A DNA stretch of 64,000 nt from Octopus sinensis (GCF_006345805.1 NC_043014.1:20088001-20152000), one strand, 5' to 3'. Numbered from the stretch's first letter, positions 1 to 13,850 are shown. Numbers and translations: made by a program. Notes: generated by a model from the letters alone, not told the origin.

Positions 1-291
1 GAAATGCTGCTGATGTGATATTACGTCGCATATGAGCACGCATATTGGTGTGAAGTTTGAGAGTTACTTCCCTTTATAAAAAAAAATATGCATTAAAATT
101 GAAAAAAATGATGGTAAATTATTTGTAAAATCATAGACTCATCGTAGACGCGCGCTAATACCCAGAAAGGCTCGATATGAATCACGACTATAAGATACCA
201 GGTTTTGGTTAATCTGCATCGCAAAATGTGGGAGTAGTTAGGAATCTAAATCGGAGTAGACAGACACACAACCTTTCTTTTATATATAAAT
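1..291 (-). mobile_element. Non-autonomous Helitron-like element (family A), 5' part, cut by the window edge
   Basis: Reverse complement closely matches 37333-37570 (TATATAAAAG...GGTTGTGTGTCTGTC...CGATTTAGATTCCTAACTACTCCCACATTTTGCG...CTTATAGTCGTGATTCATATCGAG). Confidence 0.6.
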
Positions 292-804
292 ATTTTCGTC
301 CTAAAAAACTTTGTATGGATTGAATGGTTACCTCTATGGAAATATATACACGCACATTATACATACATGTGTGTATAGATGAATATATAAATACATTTAA
401 ATATCTATATACACTTTTGGGCGATCTTTCTGTTTCTTAGAGATAACTTTATCCCGTCCGTTTCGCTCCAAAATTTACAGGGACATGTAGAATGAGGTGA
501 CGATGCTCGTGGGCTACCTTAGAAATCCCTATCTTAAAAGGTGTGGTTGCTAGGGAGCCATCTTCCTCACTCACCCTATTTCCTCCAGTACCCTGTCACT
601 CCTCTTCATATGACAGGCCACTACGGTTATTTAATGTAAAGTCTTCCTCAAATCACTCTCTCGGTATTTACTCTCTTCCAAGAACATTTTCACTCACTCT
701 TATCTCTTAGCTTCCCATACATTTTACTCATGTATCTATCAGCGTCATAGACAGAAACAAATATTACATCGCCATCGCCATCGCCATCGCATTCTATTGT
801 CTAC

Positions 805-1089
805 CTGTCAACACACACACAGTGAATTACTTTCACTTTATTCGTTGCACACTGTGTGTGTGCGTGTGCGGTATCCCACACTAAGAAAAGCATTTGACTC
901 ATACACCACAATGTGAGTTCTCTAAATTTTGCTTAATTGGGGTTGAAATTTTAAAAAGTGGACCTGGCAAGACCCGATGCATTCTACTCTTAAAAATGCT
1001 AGGTAAATTGTAATTGAAGAAATCCTATATTGTAGATTTCTATAAGAGACAAAGGGAGGCAGATAAAATCTGCCTTTTATAATAAGAGA
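805..1089 (-). mobile_element. Helitron-like repeat (family B), 5' portion
   Basis: Reverse complement matches 35686-35960; begins A|TCTCTTATTATAAAAGGCAG, a Helitron-type 5' TC start. ORF 922-1338 partly reads through this repeat. Confidence 0.5.
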
Positions 1090-1211
1090 TAAATAAAATC
1101 TATACTCCACTAGAGACACTACAAACACACACACACACTCATACGCACACAAACACAAACGCATCCACAAACACACACATATACACACACACACATATAT
1201 ATGATTTACTA

Positions 1212-2429
1212 TATCATATTGAGTAAAAAGTAAGAAAAGTTTTGAACCATGAAGAATTTGTACCGGATTTTTGCAGAGTTTTGAATTTTTAAGAACATTT
1301 TTTTTCAATTGCCTGATAATATAGACATAGAATTGCACACATGTATCAATTAATTAACATTGATATTTTTATCACGTTAAAATCACCTGAAATGAAACTG
1401 TCAATTTTGCTATTCAACTTAAAAAAGGACGTAAAGCAGCTGAAACTGCTCGCGATATCAAGGAAACGTTTGGTGAAGAAATGACCAGTGAGAGATCAAA
1501 ATGGTATCAACGATGTCGCAGAGGAAACCTGAGCCTTTAAGATCGTGAACGTAGTGGACGCCCATCTGTCATTGATAACGGTCAATTAGAGACCGTCATT
1601 GAGAGAGATCCACGAAAAACCATTCGAAAACTGGCAAAAGAACTTCAAGGTATCCAAGAAACTGCCTGCAACTATTTGCATGTGGTCGGAAACTCAAAAA
1701 AGCTCGACAAATGGGTACCACATGATTTGAATGAAAATCAGAAAATGCGCAGATATGAAAATTGCTCGCCCCTTCTTCTCCGTAACCAGACCGATCAATT
1801 TCTCGACCGTATTGTAAATTACGATGAAAAGTGGATTCTGTACAATAAGAAAAACGTTCTTCGCAGTGGTGTTTGAACCAAAATGAAGCACCGAAAACTT
1901 TCCCTAAACCCGAGCTCTTCTAAAACAAGGTAATGGTGATTGTTTGGCGGTGTACTGCTGCACTCATCCACTATAACTTCTTAAAATCTGGAAAACCATT
2001 ACTGAAGAAACATATTCCCATGAAATTGCCAAAATGAACGAAATGCCTCTGTCCCAGACTGGTCAACATAAGAGGGCCAATCATTCTTCATAACGATGCA
2101 CGATAACACGTTTCACTAATGACGCTCCAGAAGTTGAGGGAACTGGGCTACGAAGTACTTCCCCACCTAGCTTATTCCCCGACCTTTCTTCTACCGACTA
2201 CCACTTGTTCAAGAACCTTGATGTTTTCCTGCGGCGGGGAGGAGTTCAAAAATCAAACGGATGCTGAAAGTGCGCTCAAAAAGTTCATCAGCTCCATAAC
2301 TCCGGATTTTTATGTTACCGGAATAAATAAATTTGTAACTCGTCGACGGATAAAATTTCTGTGTTGTTGAAATATATTGTTACGAATTTCATGTTTCAAA
2401 TCCTTGTTTACTTTTTACTCAGCCTGATA
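1212..2429 (+). mobile_element. Near full-length decayed mariner (DD34D-type) transposon; transposase pseudogene ~1392-2370
   Basis: Imperfect TIRs (TATCAtatTGAGTAAAAAGTAA at ~1212; TTACTTTTTACTCAgccTGATA ending 2429). Fragments in several frames: KKGRKAAETARDI (HTH), RSGRPS, KWVPHDL, DRIVNYDEKWILY, LGYEVLPHLAYSP. Multiple frameshifts and stops. Confidence 0.9.
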
Positions 2430-3523
2430 TCAAATTATATATTACATGTACCATCACAATTTTATTCCACTCTTGATCCCGGCGAAGGGAGACGTAAAAG
2501 TAGGAGTAACACTTTTTTGATGTTTTTGCAGCTTTCATAAAAAAGTGTCGTTTCTATGAATTCAATCCGTCACCCAGTTTAACACTACCACCAGGCATAT
2601 GTGTGACTTTAGCCGAATCTGCTCGCTTTGCTACCATTTGAACAGATCTCCGGTGCAAGGAGAACTTTCTACTTTTATCCAACCGTCATGGAAGCCATAC
2701 GTGCCGTTTAGCTTCCTTACTATAAGCCATTTAAAAATAATCAAAATTAAGGATAATGGCGAAATATTCACAGAAGCTTAAATAAAATGTATATAATATA
2801 TATATTATAACGAACGAAGACGGACTAAATTAAGAAGAACTATATGTCACAGATAAATCTCTTGATTTACGTGGATAGAAAGTTTGTTTTAGAGTCTATA
2901 TCTCCAAAGACGTTATAATGTACTAAACCATTCAATTAGCTAAGGAACTTCTACATACTTGTCCAACGTGTTAAAAGATATTAGCATTGTACTTCAGATC
3001 ACACCCGAATTACTTAAAGCAGAAAAAGCAATAAAGGATAATGTGAGGTTAGATTTTCTATGCTTGAAAAACACGTTTCGGATGTCCATTGCTGGAATAT
3101 TTTTGATTATAAGTGTACTCAATCCAGGCTAACGTGGGATTAAATGGTAATACTAAAACGATAAACATTAAACTTTATATTCTGATAAGAAAATTCTTTC
3201 ACGAAACTGTGGTTATATGAGTGTTACTGCTTTCGTTTTGAGAGAGATATTTCAGTCAAAAGTTTGTAAGTGCGGATAAGTTAATTTAATCAATTTTATC
3301 ATTTTTAACTAATCTAAAACATTTGCTTACGTGTAGTTAGGTTCTACATTGTATTTTAATGCTTCCTTATACGATAAATCATCCAAATGTTTTGGTTCCC
3401 ATATATATAATGATATGAAAGCAGGAGAAGAACACTGTATTAAGATCAAAGTCAGTCTCTAAACTTATGGGACAGCGTCACATATACACAGACATACATA
3501 GACACATATAAATATATATGTAT

Positions 3524-3529
3524 GTATGT

Positions 3530-3614
<85 letters not shown>
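3524..3614 (+). repeat. (TAGA)n microsatellite
   Basis: Direct reading. Confidence 0.95.
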
Positions 3615-3615
<1 letters not shown>

Positions 3616-3699
3616 GTATATATAAATCTCTCTCTCTCTCTTTGTGTGTGTGTGTGCGTGTATTGGCTTTCGGATCATTACCTCTCGAGGCTCAGACAA

Positions 3700-4600
3700 A
3701 GCTATAAACAATTGCCTTCAGCATTTTCTGTCCAGAAGAGTTTTGCAAACTACAAAAAAAAAATACCTCATGTCCTCTCGAAAGTTTATTCAATTTTTTG
3801 ACGTCAACAACGGTTGTGGTAGTGGGCGGACTGTTTCATTCGGTTTCACTTTTACCTTAATCAATTTCGATTGACTTGCTTCGTATTATTTTCTCTTCCC
3901 ACTGTTGCGAGTTTGTAACATATCATGCCAAACTCCCTATATGCTAGCTAAGAATATCCTGTTCACATCAGATTTGGGTCTGTAGATTCAGAAAGCTGTA
4001 ATTTCATTGTTTTCTGTCTAAATTTTCATTTCACTTACTTCCTGGCTTATTATGTTGATACGTAATCTATAACTATTATGATGTATATTCATACTTATTA
4101 TCTTATTTCTCACTTTATGTTTTAATTCTAATATTAATCTTCTCGTTTGTTGAACATATATTTAATTTTCTCTATTTCCTTGTATTCTATTTCTTTAGTT
4201 TCATCTCCTCCAAATAATTGTATGGGTGATTTTCATTTTGATTTCTGCATCAAATTTAAAGACTTCAGTTTTAGTTTTTGGGACATGTCTCATCCCTTAC
4301 ATCATTTATATCTTAACTAAATATGTAAAACAGTTTTTGTAGGTTTTTAATACTGGTTTTGCCTACTGTTAACAGATTTAGTTGACCCATATAGAGGAGG
4401 TAGGTTATAATATGCTGTAACATTTAGACATATTGGGTAAAGTTTTTTTTAACAGTCAGAACCAGGCAGAAAGATAGACAAAATACAAAGCATTAGTCGA
4501 TTCTCCTCTTAAGTTTATAGCTTGGATTATCTTTCTTTTACTCGTTACATAACATGGTAGTTTTGTATTTTGTTTCTCATGCAACATCTTCCTTTTATTA
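3700..4600 (-). pseudogene. Heavily decayed reverse transcriptase fragment, possibly Penelope-like
   Basis: Minus-strand fragments only loosely resemble PLE RT motifs (LPNMSK for LPKIHK; RENNT..VN for LENN.F.FN). Many stops; weak similarity. Confidence 0.3.
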
Positions 4601-5559
4601 ATCTTGTTTGGAGAAATACAACATGAGTTACTTTCTTAAAACAAGAATCGTGTACATCTTTGAAAGCATGCTTTAAAAGTGTCCAAAGTTAACAAACGTG
4701 ATGTCAGAATGCTCTTACATCTATTACAACTCTCAATATTGCTGTTTTATGTAACATACATATCTAACATTGTGGACCATCTGTCGATGGTTTTATAGAA
4801 ATCCTTGTAATTGTAATAATTACAACCGACATGAGAGAGAGATATTCTTTAATTTCCAAAATGTTCTTAATTTACTTGATATATTGCCATAATTATATGT
4901 TTTTAGTTCAGTTTTCTAATAATTTATTATGATTACTATTGTTATTGCTAATATTATACTTTCTCATCTAACCCGGCTTAAATCTGTATATTTTGCGTAT
5001 ATATAGTATTTTTGTTTAGTTTCTTCTTTCTATAAGAAAGTATTCTACTAATGCAAGATCAGGTGTTTGTATAAATATATTTCTAGCGTACCTATTATCA
5101 TTGTTATTAATTTCGAATTTCAATCAATATATTCTACATAATGTATCTATCTTCAGCTCTATATAATTGAACAGAAATTTCTCCATTTCTTTTCGTGACA
5201 CATAACTGTCTGTCTAGGGTGATATTTTGAACAGGAATCATTTGTTTCCTGGTGGCAGACACACACACACATGTATGTATCTGTGTGTGTATGTGTGTGT
5301 GTGTGTGCGTGTGTATCTCCGTGTTTATGCTGCACCACCGCTTCATACAGGTCTTCCTGTTTCTATCTCTCCGTAACTCAGCGGGTCGAAGAAGAAAGAT
5401 ATTAGAAAGATAAAATGTTGACTAATCTTGCAACCCCGACTGTTTTTTTTTTTTAAATAAGAAATGTCATATCGTAAAACATGGTCACTCAATCATTATC
5501 GAAAGAATTTTCTGGTGCAATTCGGTTACACTCGCTCGCTTGACTTCGGCATTTCCTAA

Positions 5560-5748
5560 ACTTTTCCTCTATATGCTCAAAGCTTGAAATTTGGGGAAAA
5601 AGGAGGTTCCAGCCAGCCGAGTACGTGACAGGTAATTATTTCATCGAACCCGAAAAACAGAATTTGAAATTTGAACCCAAAGATGGGCGAAATGCCACTG
5701 AACATTATATATCCGGAGTACTAGCGATTCCGACAGATCGCCACTTTA
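5560..5748 (-). mobile_element. tRNA-derived SINE (main family), diverged copy
   Basis: Reverse complement resembles the head and body of the copies at 11858-12820. Confidence 0.5.
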
Positions 5749-5849
5749 TTGATGATATTTCATAATGCTACATAATTTTCAGTGTATGAAATCCTGAAGT
5801 ATGTCACATTACCTTTATGATTTCTGAATTGAGAATTACTTATTGAAAT

Positions 5850-6010
5850 GTTTGGCGACATTTCTTGCAGCTCTTTATTATCTGAGTTCTAATGAAGCCG
5901 AGGTCAGCGTTACCTTTAATCTTAACGGAGTCGATAAAATAAAGTACTAGTCAATTACTCAGGTTAATGCAATCAACTAACCCCCACTACTCTGGCCTTG
6001 TGCCAAAAAA
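5850..6010 (+). mobile_element. tRNA-derived SINE (main family), body and 3' end, diverged
   Basis: CTGAGTTCTAA...GAGGTC...GTCGATAAAATAAAGTAC...TGGCCTTGTGCCAAAA matches the other copies. Confidence 0.6.
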
Positions 6011-6034
6011 ATTAACTACTACTACTAAGAATAA

Positions 6035-6190
6035 AACGAAGAAGAAGAAGAAGAAGAAGAAGAAGAAGAAGAATAAGAAGACAAAAGAAGAAAGAAAAGA
6101 AGAAAGAGAAAAGAAGAAGAAAAGAAGAAGAAGAAGAAGAAGAAGAAGAAGAAGAAGATAAAGAAGAAGAAGAAGAAGAAGAAGAAGAAA
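6035..6190 (+). repeat. (AAG)n microsatellite
   Basis: Direct reading; source of the poly-K/R/S/L ORFs. Confidence 0.95.
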
Positions 6191-6191
6191 A

Positions 6192-6716
6192 AATTCCACG
6201 ATGCTGTACCAGGTAGTGATCCCCCATGGCTTCTGATCCTAACTGATTGGAAGAGTTATCATGTACATTGTTTTGACTTGATATAAAAATGGCCTACAGC
6301 AAATATTCTGCTCAATATCATAGATGCGATTGTCAGTTGTTTGTCCTTAACCAGTTGAGCATGCCCCTGAGTGGCTGACGATATGTGCATCTCTGATCCT
6401 GAGCGGTAGTAGTGGGGGATCACCATAGACATGTGTTGAGATGAATTCTTTGGGGTTTGAATAATTCACCTCTAAAAATTTGGGTGTTTTGCTCATCATA
6501 CTTAAACAAACTTTATTCATGGACCATTTGAGTAGGATGGGTCACTCGACCTGAAGATAATTCTAACAGGCAAGGTCCTGCGCTGTTTATTTTGATATGA
6601 GTTCACTATGTGGCGCACTTATGGCTGTGATGCATGTACCTGATGTACCCTTATCAAAACGGTAGACATGATGGGTATATTGGGCTTAATATATTAGCAT
6701 GCATGGCTCTCTAACT
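6192..6716 (+). mobile_element. ~520-bp interspersed repeat flanked by (AAG)n on both sides; putative non-autonomous retroelement
   Basis: Aligns along its length with 46407-46713 and 46729-47176; shares the 5' start (AAAT..C.GATGC..TACCAGG) and the 3' end (GCATGCA..GCTCTCT.ACT) followed by a trinucleotide tract. Confidence 0.65.
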
Positions 6717-6728
6717 AAAGAAGAAGAA

Positions 6729-6760
<32 letters not shown>

Positions 6761-6767
6761 AGAAGGA

Positions 6768-6814
<47 letters not shown>

Positions 6815-6889
6815 AGAGAACACAACAACAACAACAACAACAGCAACAACAAGCCATTCTATTATAGGTCGCATGGTCTAGAATTTGGT

Positions 6890-6990
6890 GAGAGGCTGCT
6901 GGTCGATTACGCAAATCCCACTGATGATGGTGAAATAGTTCTAAACCATTCGTCCGGTGTGCTAGCGATTCTGCCCGCCCGCTGCCTTAA
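6890..6990 (-). mobile_element. SINE head fragment (main family)
   Basis: Reverse complement reads TAAGGCAGCGGGCGGGCAGAATCGCTAGCACACCGGACGAA. Confidence 0.6.
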
Positions 6991-8149
6991 TAATGATGAT
7001 AACAACAACAACAACAACAACAAGACGATGAAGAAGAACGACAGCAACATCAACAAAAGCAAAAACAACATCAACAAATACAATAAGAGGAAAAGATGGC
7101 GATGACGATCACTGTTAGGAGAGGGACAGGAAGTAGAAATCTGAAGCCAACAGACAGAAAATTCTATGAAATGTTGCTGACGTTACATTTACGTCAAGGA
7201 AATGACAACGAATGAAAGTAATTATTTAAAAAACCGGAAGCAGATGACAGAATATCCGGTCACTTCTAAAGTCGAATTAAACTGCATTATTTGAATGTGC
7301 ACTGGTTAATAATCGCAGAAAAACTTTCATGTTTATTTTTTGTTAATTAACCCGACCATCCCACATTACAATATTGTGTGGATCATGTAATTCTTTTACA
7401 GTCTTCACTTAATGAACAGTGGACATGCTGGGGCGTCGGTACATTGTTGTGCATTCAGTTGTATTCACCCTTAGTAATTATGTTGCCCTTTCTTTGCCTT
7501 GGGAACTTAGAAATTTGAAGGAGGTTTAGAAGTACCGTCGTGTACGTCGTGCACCGTCGTGTAATGAGCACTTCTAGCACAGCAGAGTAAAAGCCGATTT
7601 CTGCTAGAATTGACCCTAGTAAAGGAATACTACTTTAGTTATCGACTTCGAAGTTATGAAACGCAAAGTTCTCAAGATTTTATTCACAACATGAATGGTG
7701 AAAACTAAGACATGGCAGAGTTTTGGTATAAAGTGAAGAAGTATCGACTAAATACATCATGGTCTTTCGCCCGATACACACTGATTCTGTCAATAACCTG
7801 TCAGTTGCAATTTGATTTCGTATATATATATATATAATAATTATTTGTGGGAATATTAATCTTAATTTACAGGGAAAAAATTGAATTTAGAAAAACTAAA
7901 TCAAATTTCACACAATATAATATATATATATATATATAAAATAGAAAACAACATCTTTTATCATTTCAAAATGAACAATTAAATTACACCATCTAGAAAA
8001 TTACATATAATAGAAATATTAAAGTTAAAATAACAATAAAATACCGATGATTAAATAAATTGCAAAAAAAATGATAAAAAATAAAATAATAAAAAAATTA
8101 TGAGAAATAAAATCATTAAATACAAAAGAATTCATACACACGCGTATCT

Positions 8150-8160
8150 ATCCATCCATA

Positions 8161-8232
<72 letters not shown>
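8150..8232 (+). repeat. (CTAT)n microsatellite
   Basis: Direct reading. Confidence 0.95.
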
Positions 8233-8234
<2 letters not shown>

Positions 8235-8972
8235 CCTCTCTCTCTCTCTATCTCTCTGTCTCTCTCACTAAAAACGTATGTATATATATACGTTTTTATT
8301 ATATTTTTGCAATTTACTTCATCGTCGGTATTTTATTGTTATTTTGATTTTAATATTTCTATTATATGTAATTTTCTACATGGTGTAGTAAACAAAACGC
8401 TCACTTGATATAATTCACTCCAGCCGCGTTCCTTTCAATGTATGCATTTTTAACACTCTTCAGCAAAATATTCAACTAGGCTTTTGTGACAGAAAAAGAA
8501 GAACCATGATGACCTAGCCAGCTGGTTTCTGATAGGAAGCACCAACCTCGAGTGAAGATATATATGACAGAGAAGAGCATAGATTTTCATAAAAACAAAA
8601 CCGACGACCGGATGCATAGTACATTACGAGAGAGCAAGCGTTAGAGGCAAATATTGAGAGACAGGTGCGTTTATGAATGCGTTCACATATGCAGCATTTT
8701 AATGGTATATGAATATCTTTATAACTGTAACATTTGAAGAACGTAGAAATCCATTCATACAAGCAGCTAATGGACAATATATGAGAGCATGCATAAAGTA
8801 GAATATAAATGTTACGTAAATGGAGACTTAAGCGGACGATTTGAATATATAAGGGTATCAGTTTTTGTGAAACGTTTACATGTTTTCTGAATGTATTTCT
8901 ATGGGAATATATAAATATATAAATATATATATATTCATATATATATATATATATATATTATATAAACATATA

Positions 8973-9029
<57 letters not shown>

Positions 9030-9031
<2 letters not shown>

Positions 9032-9245
9032 TATAAAACCTGAGAAAATGTGTCTGTCTGTGTGCATCACTAAATCGCGAGTACTACCGAACCGATTTCA
9101 TTCGAATTTTACACATGCCTTGCTTAGGGTCCATGCGATTTTATGGACCAAAACAAATTTAAACTTCTTGCCTAATGCGAGCCCGGAGCAATCTCTTATG
9201 AATCTCATTCATGCACACATATCGGCTTCACGTTTACATGCAATC
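9030..9245 (+). mobile_element. Helitron-like 5' fragment
   Basis: (TA)n then TATAAAA...TGTGTCTGTCTGTGTGC...ACCGATTTCATTCGAATTTTACACA, similar in style to the 5' end at 9632; no CTAG end seen. Confidence 0.4.
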
Positions 9246-9293
9246 TCTTATACACAGACATATATGCATATATATATACATATATATATATGT

Positions 9294-9557
9294 ATATGTG
9301 TCTGTGTAATATATATATATGTATGTATATATATATATGAGATAATATTCTCACTTTAATAGTTTCAATATTAATAGTGAAACTAGTAAGCTGAAAGTAT
9401 TATCACATATTAGAATAGAGATGGTATGGTTTTTACACGTCATACTGTGTAATAATACTTTCAGTTTACTAGTTTCACTATTAATATTGAAGTGAGAATA
9501 TTATCTCATATATATATATGCATACATACATATATATATATTACACAGACACATATA
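9294..9557. repeat. Long imperfect inverted repeat (arms ~9294-9406 and ~9448-9557)
   Basis: GAGATAATATTCTCAC...TTCAATATTAATAGTGAAACTAGTAAGCTGAAAGTATTA is mirrored in the right arm; the left arm has a 9-nt insertion. The mirror extends into flanking microsatellite. Confidence 0.85.
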
Positions 9558-9560
9558 TAT

Positions 9561-9631
<71 letters not shown>

Positions 9632-9640
<9 letters not shown>

Positions 9641-10002
9641 GGCAGTTTGTCTGTGCGTGTTTCTGTGTGTCTGTTTGCTTGTACCCTCACCCTGACCACG
9701 GCTTTCAACCGATTCTGATGAAACTTGACACACACATAGCCCAATGTCATAATTCAAAACTAACGCAGCGAAAATTTGAAAGTTCCCCCAGTTCTGAAAA
9801 AATCGATAAATTCGACATGGGGTCGAGAATCAAAAACACAAAACGCAAACTGTCTAGGGGACGCAACTCCACCTTTTTTAACTAAAAAAAAATTTACCAT
9901 CATTTTGTTCCATTTTTTTGCTATTTTGGGGCTATAACTCTCTAAAAATGCTTTATAGTTATTTCCCTTACAAACCTGAGCAACGCCGGGCGATACTGCT
10001 AG
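9632..10002 (+). mobile_element. Non-autonomous Helitron-like element
   Basis: 3' end CCTGAGCAACGCCGGGCGATACTGCTAG|T (subterminal hairpin plus CTAG, followed by T), nearly identical to the end at 37700-37728. Confidence 0.75.
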
Positions 10003-10037
<35 letters not shown>

Positions 10038-10082
10038 TATGCATATATGTCTGTGTATAAGAGACCAAAGTGTACGTACGTC

Positions 10083-10123
<41 letters not shown>

Positions 10124-11415
10124 CAAAATGGGACAAGACCGCAAAATATCCAGGCAGGTAGTACAAACTAGGGACAACAAAACATCCAGATAGACGATAC
10201 AAAGTAAACTCCGCAGTCGAGTTCCAGATTATCTCTAGAAAACAAAGCGAATGCCTTGAGACACCTTTGTTGGCTCATGCTACTTGTAGATCTCAGTCCA
10301 ACGTCAGTGCTAACTGAATTGAGGCATAAGCAAGTATAAACCATATGTGAATGTTCTGTCTTTTAAGTGGTATGTAGCAGTGTACATATCGGTTCAATAT
10401 GATTTTTCACTTTAAAGCCGGAGTTTTTTGATATGGAGGGGATTTAACTACTGTTAGTTGCAGGTCGAATAACTGCGTCGATAAATTTTAAGTGTTTCAA
10501 TGTTGCAGGGATAAAATGTTAAGTAAACACTTCCAGTGATATGTTAAGAAATTTTAAGTGTCATTTTTATGGAATATGATACAATATCTAAAATACAATA
10601 TTTAAATATTTGTATGATTGTATTACATTTGAATGTAATATGGAAGTGTCTTTATATGTTCTGCAATCATATGTATTCATTACCGCCATACTAGCTTAGC
10701 ACAGACACTCACACACATATAAAAATATGTGTCCGAGTGTGCGTATGTGTGGATGCATGTGTGCATGCATGTAAACGTGAAGCCGATGGGTTTTTCCTCC
10801 CCAAACTTGAGTCAGCCAGAGCTACTGGTGACAGTTATACGCAATAAAGTTCAGCACGAAATTACACCCATAGGTGAAGTATATAAGTGGGAAAAGGGGC
10901 GTGCGTGTGTGTATGTGTGTGCATGAATGACTGAATGTGTGCATGTATACGTTTATAGGCATACAAAAAGGACAGGAGCACAAGGGCACACGCTCTCCAT
11001 ATATATATATATTCAGTGAAAGAAACATAGAGACAGATCGACAGAGACAGACATACAGACAGATGGAGAAAGAGAGAGGGGTAGAGAAACCGTTACAACT
11101 ACATAACTGCGTACATACATTAATACAAACTTTCAAACGGAAATTTTTGAACATCGAAGAAGGATAATTAAACGGATTAAGACGAAAGCCGATAATAGAT
11201 AATTTAGTTTCCGTTGCAAATATCAAATATGGCAGAACTGTTGCGTATTATTAATAAATATGGCGACTAATCTTTTTAGGAGGTCAGCATTGATCTAATT
11301 CATCGGCTTATAGCGGTCAAGTTATAGTTATTTAGCAAATTGAAATAGGAACATGGTGTAGTTTCATTGACAACAGAGTCAATACAGTGACATGTTAATA
11401 TATACACATATATAT

Positions 11416-11519
<104 letters not shown>

Positions 11520-11857
11520 TATATGTCTGTGTATAAGAGACCAAAGTGTACGTACGTGGTATATATATATATATATATATATATAAACCGTATTTCTGCC
11601 CACTCTTATTAAACTATTGTAGGCTGTATAGTGTAAGGTATTGATGGTGTATTGAGGAAAGAAAATACAAAATGTTCCATGCTATCAATGTTTATGCCTT
11701 AGCTATTTTTCTTTCACTAGAAATCTCATTAGATTCGATAACATGGAGAGAAAAATATATATATATTATAACATTTTGTTGTGTTTATTTTTAGTGAAAT
11801 GCTGTTTATCGAGCTGAATCAAGCTATTCAATTTTTCTATCAGTATGTTGTCCAACG

Positions 11858-12820
11858 AAGGCGGCGAGCTGGCAGAATCGTTAGCACGCCGGGCGAAATG
11901 CTTAGCGGTATTTCGTCTGCCGCTACGTTCTGAGTTCAAATTCCGCCGAGGTCGACTTTGCCTTTCATCCTTCCGGGGTCGATTAAATAAGTATCAGTTT
12001 CGCACTGGGGTCGATGTAATCCTTGTTTGTCCTCCGTGTGTTTAGCCCCTTGTGGGTAGTAAAGAAATAGGTATTTCGTCTGCTGCTACATTCTGAGTTC
12101 AAATTCTGCCGAGGTCGTCTTTGCCTTTCATCCTTTCGGGGTCGATTAAATAAGTATCCGTTAAGCAATTGGGTTGATGTAACCGACTTAATCCGTTTGT
12201 CTGTCCTTGTTTGTCTCCTCTGTGTATAGCCTCTTATGGGCAGTAAAGAAATAAGAAACGTTAGCACGCCCGGCGAAATGCATTGCGGTATTTCGTCTGT
12301 CTTTATGTTCCGAGTTCAAATTCCGTCGAGGTTGAATTTATCTTTCATCCTTTTGTGGAGGGGGTCGATAAATTAAGTACCAATTGCGTACTGCAATCGA
12401 TGTAATCGACTGGAGTCTCCCCTTTCAGGCCTTATACCTAGAGTAGAAAAGATTCTACAACAATCTTTAAATGCTTAGCGGTATTTCGTCTATCTTTACA
12501 TTCTGAGTTCAAATTCCGCCAAGGTCGACTTTGCCTTTCATCCTTTCGGTGTCGATCTAATCTACTGGCCCCCTCCCCAAAAGTTTCGAGCCTTGTGCCT
12601 AGAGTAGAAAAGAATATGTTGTCCAACGTTAAGCAAGATCGCTAGTGTGCCGGGCTAAATGCTTAGCAGCAATTCGTCCGTTTTTACTTTCCGAGTTCAA
12701 ATTCCACCGGGGTCGACTTTGCCTTTCATCATTTAGGACTCGACAACCCTGGGGTCAATAAAATTCACTTAACCCCTGCTCGCGAACTTGCTGGCCTTGT
12801 GCCAACATTTGAAATCAATA
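11858..12820 (+). mobile_element. Cluster of tandem full and partial tRNA-derived SINE copies (main family)
   Basis: Box A-like TGGCAGAATCGTT and box B-like GAGTTCAAATTCC; the segment CGGTATTTCGTC...GAGTTCAAATTCC...GAGGTCGACTTTGCCTTTCATCC recurs about five times. Confidence 0.85.
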
Positions 12821-13327
12821 TGTTGTCGAACATAAAGTAATTAAAATTATGATTCTTATTGAGGGGTAGCCTATGACAGAATGAGCAAAGCAATACACCA
12901 ACTAACATGATGATATATATACATATATCGTTGTGTGTATATCCATAGGCTTGTATACAGATATATAGTATCAAATTATCAAAATTCGTGGCACGCAAGC
13001 ATAAACATATAACTGATATTATAATTGCTTGCGGTATTATTGTAAGTCTATGCTTGCGCTCGGAATCTGAAAGTCTGATGAACCGCTCACAAACGGTTGT
13101 TTTTGAAAAACATTCATCTATATAGTAATTATTTTAAAAATAGTCTTCTATAATGGTATATGAATATAAACTCAGCAACATAAAGCTAGTGTGCTGTGCA
13201 GAAACAAATGTTGTGATTTACTATCAAAGCCTGGCATCTTCCATCCTTGTGATATAATATTCTTATATACGTATATATATATAATATTCTTTTATATGTG
13301 CATCTATGTATATTTATATATATATAC

Positions 13328-13361
<34 letters not shown>

Positions 13362-13850
13362 TATATATACATAGAAGTTTGTATAGATACATGCATAATG
13401 TCTCTCCGGGTATGTATTAAATTTAATGTAGACAGATTCTTTGTGGCTACAACATTATATAAAGAATATTTATTACATAAGAATGTGAGTAAACGTTATT
13501 ACATTTTAAACGCTGGCAGTATATAGTAAGTGAATCAATAACCTAAGAGGTTTCATCTACTATTCTTTGCATGCAGCCGAATTAAGTTACCTGGTCTCCA
13601 CTCACTTAAATTCGTATATGTCTTTTTATATTTTCTCCTATACTTCGTTATTTGGTATAGTTTTTCTATATTCATTGTTTCTTTTTTTATTTGTCAGTAA
13701 CTTGTAACTTATGAAACCTAAGCTTCAAAAATTTAATTTAAGCAAGTCTTCGAAGTTTTTTTTTATTTATTTCTTGCGATATATCTCTGAGAAATTGTAT
13801 TGCTCAAGAGATACTTGACATTTTTCAGCAGTAGCGTACGTATGTTAAAA

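Noticed and set aside
922-1338. 138-aa ORF as a host gene
   Set aside because: Reads through a Helitron-like repeat, a (TG)n tract and the mariner end; similar text recurs in ORF 35601-35960.
5101-5160. Minus-strand CTGAAGA...GAAATTAAT
   Set aside because: No stem I or closing stem II pairing; expected by chance in AT-rich DNA.
10051-10065. TGTGTATAAGAGAC resembles the Tn5/Nextera mosaic end (also ~11527 and inverted ~9244)
   Set aside because: Partial match only, flanks differ from the adapter, and a related native repeat near 57077-57103 explains TATAAGAGA.CAAAG. Probably coincidental, though raw reads would settle it.
13075-13097. CTGATGA followed by an ACCG/CGGT hairpin
   Set aside because: No GAAA after the hairpin and no stem I or III; not a hammerhead.
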